NCBI RefSeq assembly: GCF_009914755.1
Contig: NC_060947.1
Strand: one strand, 5' to 3'
Origin: the human T2T-CHM13v2.0 reference genome, Homo sapiens
Length of the DNA stretch: 64,000 nt
The notes beneath the pieces were generated by a model. It was not told where the DNA came from and searched no databases. It saw only the letters and a list, made by a program, of their open reading frames with translations. This document shows, piece after piece, positions 49,742 through 64,000 of the stretch (position 1 is its first letter; every line of letters starts with the position of its first letter). Made by a program: the position numbers and the translations under genes.

Positions 49742-51496
<1,755 letters not shown>

Positions 51497-52105
51497 TTAT
51501 TTGGAGCTATTGTCAAAGGGGTTGAGTTCTTTATTTGATTCTCAGCTTGGTCATCATTGGTGTACAGCAGTGCTACTGATTTGCATATATTGATTTTGTG
51601 TCCTGAAACTTTACTGAATTCACTTACCAGATCTAGGAGCTTTTTGGATGAGTCTTTACGGTTTTCTAGGTATACAATTTTATCATTGTCAAACAGCGAG
51701 TTTGACTTCCTCTTTATCTATTTGGATGCCATTTATTTCTTTCTCTTGTCTGATCACTCTGGCCAGGACTTCCATACTAGTAGAAGTGGCTACAGTGGTC
51801 ATCTTTGCCTTGTTCCAGTTCTCAGGGGGAATGCTTTAAACTTTTCCCTGTTCAGTATGGTATTGGAAGTATGTTTGTCATAGATGGCTTTTACTACCTT
51901 GAGGTATGGCCCTTCTATGCCAATTTTGCTGAGGGTTTTTATCATAAAGTGATGTTGAATTTTGTCAAATGCTTTTGCTGCATCTATTGACATGATCTTA
52001 TGATTTTTTTTTTTTTTTGAGATGGAGTCTTACTCTGTTGCCTGTGCTGGAGTGCAGTGGCACGACCTCAGCTCACTGCAACATTTGCCTCATGGGTTCA
52101 GGTGA

Positions 52106-52486
<381 letters not shown>

Positions 52487-52644
52487 TGAGCCACCGCGCC
52501 AGGCCTAATTTTTGTATTTTTAGTAGAGACAGAGTTTCACCATGTTGGCCATGCTGGTTTCAAACTCTTGACTTCAGGTGATCCATCCGCCTTGGCGTCC
52601 TAAAGTGCTGGGATTACAGGTGGGAGCCACCGTGCCCAGCCTAA

Positions 52645-52812
<168 letters not shown>

Positions 52813-53749
52813 TAGCTAAATTTTTTTGTGTGTGTATTTTTTTTTTTTTTTGTATTTGTAATAGAGACGGGGTTTCACTGTGTTAGCCAGGCTGGTCTCA
52901 ATCTCCTGACCTCGTGATCTGCCCGCCTGGGCCTCCCAAAGTGCCAGGATTATAGGCGTGAGCCACTGTGCCCAGCCGATGTATTATCTTTTTGATATGC
53001 TGTTGGATTCAATTAGCTAGTATTTTGTTGTGGATTTTCGCATCTATTTTCATCAGGGATATTCTTCTGTAGTTTTCTTTTTTTGTTATGTCCTTTCCTG
53101 GTTTTGGTATTGGGTGATACTGGCTTCATAGAATGAGTTAGGGAAGATTCCCTCTTTCTCTATCTTTTGAAATAGTTTCAGTAGGACTGGTAGCAATTCT
53201 TTGAATGTCTGATAGAATTCAGCTGTGACTCCATCTGGTCCTGGACTTTTTTTGTTGGCATTTTTTTTTTTTTTTTTTTTTTGAGATGGAGTCTTGCTCT
53301 GTCACCCAGGCTGGAGTGCAGTGGCATGATCTCTGCTCAGCTCCGCCTCCCCCAGGTTCACGCCATTCTCCTGCCTCAGCCTACTGAGTAGCTGGGACTA
53401 CAGGTGCCCGCCACCACGCCCAGCTAATTTTTTGTATTTTTAGTAGAGACGGGGTTTCACCGTGTTAGCCAGGATGGTCTCGATCTCCTGACCTCGTGAT
53501 CCGCCCATCTTGGCCTCCCAAAGTGCTGGGATTACAGGTGTGAGCCACCTCGCCTGGCCTTTGTTGGCAATTTTTAAATTACTGTTTCAATCTCACTACT
53601 TGTTATTGGTCTGCTCAGAGTTTCTACTTCTTCATGATTTAATCTAGGAAGGTTATATATTTCTAGGAATTTATCCATCTCCTCTAGATTTTCTAGTTTG
53701 TGAACAAAGAAATACAAAAGATCATTCTTGTTTGCTATTTCTTTCTTCT

Positions 53750-57165
<3,416 letters not shown>

Positions 57166-57456
57166 TTTACTGAACATGTACTATGCAGGCATGTTAGAAA
57201 GTGAGCATCTAAAGATGAGTAAGACAGTGCCCCTCTTCTCAAGTGGGAGACGGGACCATTACAAGATGGAGTAACAAAGATGAACATGTACTGAAGAACA
57301 GAGGGAGGATATAGAACCCAAACTGGGAAGTCAGGAAAGCTGCCCAGAAGTTATGTTTAAGGTATGTTTGAAGGGGGAGAAAGCATTTCATTAATTTTGT
57401 TTGAAAAACATTAAAAAAAAAAAAACCCTTCAGACCCTAAATTCTGTAGCTGCATC

Positions 57457-58382
57457 TGTTACAGGAAAGGGGTCCCAATCCAGACCCCAAGAGAGTGTTC
57501 TTGGATTTTGCTCAAGAAAGAATTCTGGGTGAGTCCGCAGTGCAAAGTAAAAGCAAGTTTATTAAGAAAGTAAAGTGGTGAAAGTACAACTACTACATAG
57601 ACAGAGTAGGGTGCTCCTGAAAGTAAGAGGAGGAACGTGTCCATGCTAGGTACAATGCTTGTATATATGGGGAGATGTGTTCTGCTACAAGGGTTTGTGA
57701 TAAAGGATTAATTTTCTTTATATATATGTGTGTATATATATGTGTGTGTGTATATATGTGTATATATATGTGTGTGTATATATGTATGTATATGTGTGTG
57801 TGTGTATATATATATATATAGAGAGAGAGAGAGTGAGAGTGAGTTGGAGTCTTGCTCTGTTGTCTAGGCTGGAGTGTAGTGGCGCAATCTTAGTTCACTG
57901 CAACTTCCGCCTCCCAGGTCCAAGTGATTCTATTGTCTCAGCCTCCTGAGTAGCTGGGATTACAGGCACCCACCACCACATCCAGCTAATTTTTGTATTT
58001 TTAGTAGAGACAGGATTTCGCCTTGTTGGCCAGGCTGGTCTCAAACTCCTGACCTCAGGTGATCCGCCCACCTAGGCCTCACAAAGTGCTGGGATTACAG
58101 GCGTGAGCCACTGCGCCCGGACTTAATTACTGTATTTTGCAAGAATCAATATTATTATCTTTAAAGCAAAATTAGGAATGCCTTTGTTCTCCAGATATCG
58201 GGATATCTGGAAACTCCCAAGTCTGGGAGTGCTTAGTAAACATTACTAATTTGTTCCCTTAACCTTAAACATCTAGAGGCTAGGAATGCCTGAGTTTCTG
58301 GGAATGCAACCCAGCAAGCCCCAGCCTCATTTTCCTAGCCCTCATTCAAAATGGAGTCGCTCTGGTTCAAACACCTCTGACA
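57457..58382 (-). mobile_element. MER41-family ERV1 3' LTR, interrupted by an Alu (~57720-58121) with a microsatellite tail
   Basis: Minus strand begins TGTCAGAGGTGTTTGAACCAGAGCGACTCCATTTTG and ends GGACCCCTTTCCTGTAACA; polypurine tract immediately upstream (58383-58400). Confidence 0.85.
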
Positions 58383-59804
58383 TATCTCCCCCCTCCCTTT
58401 ACAAGAGGACCCTTAATCCTAAGGGTTGCAGAAGGACCAAGATCCATATTCTGTAACTTCAGGCTGAATAGGGGCAATGATATTCCTGCTTAAATGTTAG
58501 GGTCTCTTGCATTTAGGGTAGAGCGAAGCTCAGTCAGAGAGCATTGGTATGGTGAAGGTCATTCATAACTCCAAGTTCTGACAAAAGGTGATATCTGGAA
58601 GATTAATACGTGTCCAATTTAAGAAAGCATTGAATGAGCTTATCTTGCATTCCTACATAAAGAATACAACCGCAATATATTCCACAACAGCAAAGCAAAA
58701 TAAGTAAAATCATTCCAAGTAAACTAAACAGGAAGGCTGTCCAAGAACTGAGCAGTTGTTGGAACCAAGCCGATATAGGGTCGACTGACATTACATCAAT
58801 GGCAGATATGAGTGTCTAAAGCTTTCACAGCCTGGGTAATATTATGTGAATAGTCTGGAACATACACACATTTGGTTTTGATCAAAGCATAAAGTCCCCC
58901 TTGGGCTGCTGTTAAAATGTCCACATACCCAATAGTTTGATTATATAGAGAAGACAAAGTCTGTGCCCACTCAGTAAATAAGTTACTCGCTCCATGATTC
59001 CAACTTAAACCCAAAAGTAGAATGCCAATCCATATCTTTATGTTACCCATCCCTTTCATATCTTCTGAACAGTAGTCGGAGGTCACTGATTGGCTCACAG
59101 GAATAAACAGAATCAGTCTCTTGTGTTCTGTCGGCCTATGGGACTTCATAAGAGACAGGTTTAATTCAAGATAGGTGAACTCAGCTGCTTATTCCCAGAA
59201 GTTTAACTGCAGTTGGGGCACTAAGGAGAATTTGATAGGGTCCCTTCCATTTTGGGGAAAGTTGATCTGCTGGGGATCCTTCCTTCCAAGTTTATAATAG
59301 GACCCAATCTCCCGGCTGAGTTTTAACAAGATTCTCTTCCTTAGTGGGGGAAGGGAGTCTTCGATTTCCATATTCAAGGTGTGCCTTTTGCACTTGCCCT
59401 AAGTTGATCACACAATTCTGTAGCTTGAAAGTATCTATATCTATTAGGAAGTCAGTAGTTACGAAAAGCCTTCCATACATTATTTCAAAATGGCTGAGCT
59501 GCAGATTTCCCTTAGGGGCCATTCTAGCCTGTAATAAAGCTGTAGGTAATAAAGACAGCCAGGTTTCTGATGTTTCTTGGCATAGTTTAGAAAGAGTCCT
59601 TTTTAGGGTTTGATTAACACTTTCTACTTTCCCTAAGACTATGGTCTCCATGCCGAGTGAAGGCGGTACTGAATTCCTAGGGCTGAAGATATGTTTTGGG
59701 TAACTGTCGCTGTGAAAGATGGGCCATTATCGCTCTGTAAGCTCTTACGCAGCCCAAATCTAGGAATTATTCCCTTTAGTAGGAGTTCAGAAACGCCTCT
59801 GACA
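58383..59804 (-). mobile_element. ERV1 internal remnant: disrupted integrase and env TM fragments plus a 14-bp 5' LTR stub
   Basis: IIPRFGLRKSLQSDNGPSF...LHSAWRP and GKVESVNQTLKRTL are gamma-type integrase motifs; AAQGGLYALIKTKCVYVPDYS resembles env TM. Confidence 0.9.
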
Positions 59805-60169
59805 CATCTACTGGTCACAAAGCCAGGAGCAGGCACGATAAGCTGGAAGGTTTAGACCAAATGGATCATTTCTGAGCCTGGATGTCGGATGGAGCCAACA
59901 CATCTTAATGAGATTTTCCCAGCTGGAAGTCATTATTTAGGAAGCACTCATTGGAATATATTAATACAAATCATCACTGATGCTGTAGGCAAGGTTTAGC
60001 CGAATGTGCTTAAACTATCACCCAAAAGTGGCTGAAGACCATCTCTCAACTTTTCCACCATGAGTCATACTCTATTCAGCTGTATTCATATTTTCAGGAC
60101 CCACATGAAAGAACAAATACAAGGTGGTGTCAGTGGAGATGTACCAATACAGGTTTGGGGCCCAGGCAC

Positions 60170-61255
60170 TGGTATTAACAAATAATAATTGTAGTAAAAT
60201 ACACATAAAATTTACCATTCTTTTTATTTATTTATATATTTTTTAAGAGATGAGGATCTCACTACACTGCCCAGACTGGAGTGCAGCAGCTATACACATA
60301 CAGGATCATAGCACACTGCAGCCTTGAACTTCTGGGCTCAAACGATCCTCCTGCCTCAGCCTCCTGAGTGGCTGGGACTAAGATGCAAACCACTGTGCTC
60401 AGCTTAATCATTTTAAAATATATATTCATTATTGTTAAGTGCATTCACATTGTTGTGCAACCAATTTCTAGAACTCTTTTCATCTTGCAAAACTGAAACT
60501 CTATACCCATTAAACAACACCCCAATCCCCCTTCTCCCCAGCCCCTGGCAACCACCTTTCTTCTTTCTGTTCCTATGAATTTGACTACTCTAGGTACCTA
60601 ATATAAGTGGAATCATACAGTATTTGTTTTTGTGACTGGCTTATTTCACTTAGCATCATGTCCTCAAGGTTCTTCCATGTTGCAGAATGAACTTTCTTCC
60701 TCTTTAAGGCTGAATAATGTCCCATTGTAGGTATATACCACATTTTGTTTATCTGTTCATCCGTGGATGGACACTTGGGTTGCTTCTACTTTTTGGCTAT
60801 TGTGAATAATGCTACTATGAACATGAGTGTACAAGTATCTTTTCAAGTCCCTGCTTTCAATTCCTTTGAACATATACCCTAAAGTGGAATTGGTGGACTC
60901 TATGGTAATTTGATTTTTAATTTTTTGAGGCAATTCTAGACTGTTTTCTATGGTGGCTACACCAATTTACATTTCCACCAACGGTACACAAGGGTTACAA
61001 TTTCTTTATATCCTTGCCAACATTTTTTTTGTTTGTTTGTTTTAGAGACAGGTATTGCTCTGTTGCTCAGGCTGGAGTGCAGTGGCGTGATCATAGCTCA
61101 CTGTAACCTCAAACTCCTGGGCCAAGCGATCCTCCTGCCTCAGCCTCCTGAGTAGCTAGGACTACAGGTGACTGGTTTTTTGATAGTAGCCATCCTAATG
61201 GTATGAGGTGGTATCTCATTCTGGTTTTGATTTGCATTTCCCTTATTATTAGTGA
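60170..61255 (-). mobile_element. L1MB-like 3' end with two Alu monomers
   Basis: CATCTTGCAAAACTGAAACTCTATACCCATTAAACAA and CCCAGCCCCTGGCAACCACC 3' UTR motifs. Confidence 0.82.
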
Positions 61256-61402
61256 CAGGCAGTCATAATTAACTCCTTTATTATGCACAGGCCAAGTTGA
61301 GAACACAGAGTTTAAGGGATGTACAAACACAAACTTCTGAACAGTAATCTCTAGGCGATTGTTCCTGCCTCTCTTCTAAATAAAAGTCTGTCTCTGTGAT
61401 GA

Positions 61403-62867
61403 TTTTTTTTATTATTATACTTTAAGTTCTGGGGTACATGTGCAGAACGCGCAGGTTTGTTACATAGGTATACATGTGCCATGGTGGTTTGCTGCACCCA
61501 TCAACCCGTCATCTACATTAGGTACTTCTCCCAATGCTATCCCTCCCCCAACCCCTCACCCCCCAGCAGGCCCCGGTGTGTGATGTTCCCCTCCCTGTGT
61601 CCATGTGTTCTCATTGTTCAACTCCCACTTAGCAGTGAGAACATGCAGTGTTTGGTTTTCTGTTCCTGTGTTAGTTTGCTGAGAATGATGGTTTCCAGCT
61701 TCATCCATGTCCCTGCAAAGGACATGAACTGATCCTTTTTTATGGCTGCATAGTATTCCATGGTGTATATGTGCCACATTTTCCTTATCTAGTCTATCAT
61801 TGATGGGCATTTGGGTTAGTTCCAAGTCTTTGCCATTTCTTTAAGAATGTTGAATATTGGCCCCCACTCTCTTCTGGCTTGTAGGGTTTCTGCTGAGAGA
61901 TCCACTGTTAGTCTGATGGGCTTCCCTTTGTGGGTAACCCGACCTTTCTCTCTGGCTGCCCTTAACATTTTTTTCATTTCAACCTTGGTGAATCTGACAA
62001 TTATGTTTCTTGGGGTTGCTCTTCTCGAGGAATATCTTTGTGGTGTTCTCTATATTTCCTGAATTTGAATGTTGGTCTGCCTTGCTAGGTTGGGGAAGTT
62101 CTCCTGGATAATATCTTGAAGAGTGTTTTCCAACTTGGTTCCATTCTCCCCGTCGCTTTCAGGTACACCAATCAAATGTAGATTTGGTCTTTTCACATAG
62201 TCCCATATTTCTTGGAGGCTTTGTTCATTTCTTTTCACTCTTTTTTTCTCTAATCTTGTCTTCCTGCTTTATTTCATTGAGTTGATCTTCAATCTCTGAT
62301 ATCCTTTCTTCCACTTGATCGATTCGGCTATTGATACTTGTGTATGCTTCATGAAGTTCCTGTGCTGTGTTTTTCAGCGCCATCAGGTCATTTATGTTCT
62401 TCTCTAAACATAAATACAACATGAAGCTCCTTTAGCTCGGAGGAGTTTGTCTTTACCTGCCTTCTGAAGCCTACTTCTGTCAATTCATCAAACTCATTCT
62501 CCGTCCAGTTTTGTTCCCTTGCTGGTGAGGAGTTGTGACCCTTTGGAAGAGAAGAGGTGTTCTGGTTTTTGGAGTTTTCAGCCTTTTTGCGCTGGTTTCT
62601 CTCCATCTTCGTGGATTTATCTACCTTCGGTCTTTGATGTTGGTGATGTTGATACTATTCCTGTTTGTTAGTTTTCCTTCTAACAGTCAGGCCCCTCTGC
62701 TGCAGGTCTGCTGGAGTCTGCTGGAGGTCCACTCCACACCCTGCTTGCCTGGGTATCACTAGAGGAGGCTCAGTTGGAAATGCAGGAATCACCTGCCTTC
62801 TGCGTTGATCTCGCTGGGAGCTGCAGACCGGAGCTGTTCCTATTTGGCCATCTTGCCAGCTACCTCC
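61403..62867 (-). mobile_element. L1PA with both termini, spliced 5' UTR and a large internal deletion (SpIRE-like, 1.46 kb)
   Basis: 5' end with CAAGATGGCC YY1 site, ORF1 fragments (62606-61840), ORF2 end and 3' UTR, T-run tail, and TSD CTCTGTGATGA at 61392-61402 and 62868-62878. Confidence 0.9.
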
Positions 62868-62870
62868 CTC

Positions 62871-63729
62871 TGTGATGACTGAGTGTCAACTTGATTGGAT
62901 TGAAGGATGCAAAGTATTGTTCCTGAGTGTGTCTGTGAGGGTGTTGCCAAAGGAGATTTAACATTTGAGTCAGTGGACTGGGAGAGGTAGACCCACCCTC
63001 AATCTGGGTGGGCACCATTTAATCTGCTCTCAGCATGGCTAGGATAAATGCAGGCGGAACGTGGAAAGACTTCACTTGCTGAGTCTTCTGGCCTTCATCT
63101 TTCTCCCGTGCTGGATGCTTCCTGCCCTGGAACATTGGACTCCAAGTTCTTCAGCTTTTAGACTCTTGGACTTACACCAGTGGTTTGCCAGGAGCTGTTG
63201 GGCCTTCGGCCACACCGAAGGCTGCACTGTTGGCTTCCCCACTTTTGAGGTTTTGGGACATGGGCTGACTTCCTTGCTCCTCCTCAGCTTGCAGATGGTC
63301 TATTGTGGGACTTCGCCTTTTGATTGTGTGAGTCAATATTCCTTAATAAACTCCCCCACTCTTTTTTTTTTTTTTTTTTTTGAGACAGAGTCTTGCTCTG
63401 CTGCCCAGGCTGGAGTGCAATGGCTCAATCTTGGCTCACTGCAATCTCCGCCCCCCGGGTTCAAGCGATTTCTCCTGCCTCAGCCTCTCCTGTAATCCTG
63501 GGATTACAGGTGCATGCCACCATGCCCGGCTAATTTTTGTATTTTTAGTAGAGATAGGGTTTCATGTTGGCCAGGCTGGTGTTGAACTCCTGGCCTCAAA
63601 GTGATCCACCCACTTGGGCCTCCCAAAGTGCTGGGATTATAGGTGTGAGCCACTGTGCCCAGCCTAAACTCCCCTTCATATACACATCTATCCTATTAGT
63701 TCTGTTCCTCTACAGAACCCTAATATACA
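62871..63729 (+). mobile_element. MLT2A (HERV-L) solo LTR with an inserted Alu (63362-63665, -)
   Basis: TGTGATG...GAGTGTCAACTTGATTGGATTGAAGGATGCAAAG start and AGAACCCTAATATACA end; 5-bp TSD GTCTC at 61390-61394 and 63730-63734. Confidence 0.88.
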
Positions 63730-63890
63730 GTCTCCCCACCTAAATTCTACATTCACAGATTAAAGGTAGATTAAACTCCTTCCTCTTTAGGAAGTCTGCT
63801 CAGCTCCTCTAGGGAAATCTCTCTCTCATTAGGACTCTTCTCCAGGCAATCTAGATGTCAGGAAGCAAACCTAGTGAGCACAAACTACAG

Positions 63891-64000
63891 CAGGGGTGTC
63901 CAATCTTCTGGCTTCCCTGGGCCACATTGGAAGAATTGTCTTGGGCTACCCATTAAGTACCCTAACACTAATGATAGCTGATGGGCTAAAAAATAATCAG
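63891..64000. mobile_element. MER30-like hAT DNA transposon (truncated by the window end)
   Basis: CAGGGGTGTCCAATCTT..GGCTTCCCTGGGCCACATTGGAAGAA terminal sequence. Confidence 0.8.

Noticed and set aside
58603-59836. Possible co-opted env or integrase gene
   Set aside because: Fragmented by stops, frameshifts and deletions, and the 5' LTR promoter is lost.

Overview
Primate (most likely human) genomic DNA, very rich in Alu and L1 elements. The only host coding sequence I can support is exon 1 of ATRX on the minus strand: ATG at 25555 encoding MTAEPM-S, splice donor AG|GTAAAA at 25536/25535, inside a CpG island with CCAAT, YY1, CRE-like and X-box-like motifs. Bases 1-25535 are part of ATRX intron 1 and contain a full-length sense-oriented SVA. 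Bases ~25950-64000 are upstream intergenic DNA made of nested retroelements. Nearly all ORF-track entries are Alu, L1, SVA or ERV artefacts. I found no new protein-coding system. The most notable features are: (i) a spliced, internally deleted L1 with both ends and a TSD, inserted in an MLT2A LTR; (ii) a younger L1PA whose 5' truncation falls at the position homologous to its insertion site in an older L1PB; (iii) a MER41-type provirus whose 5' LTR is reduced to 14 bp fused to integrase, with TSD and a GAS motif intact; (iv) a strong-Kozak uORF in frame with the ATRX ATG, and an AG|GTGAG recursive-splice-like site 137 nt into intron 1. Repeat subfamily names come from recalled consensus sequences, and most repeat boundaries are approximate.
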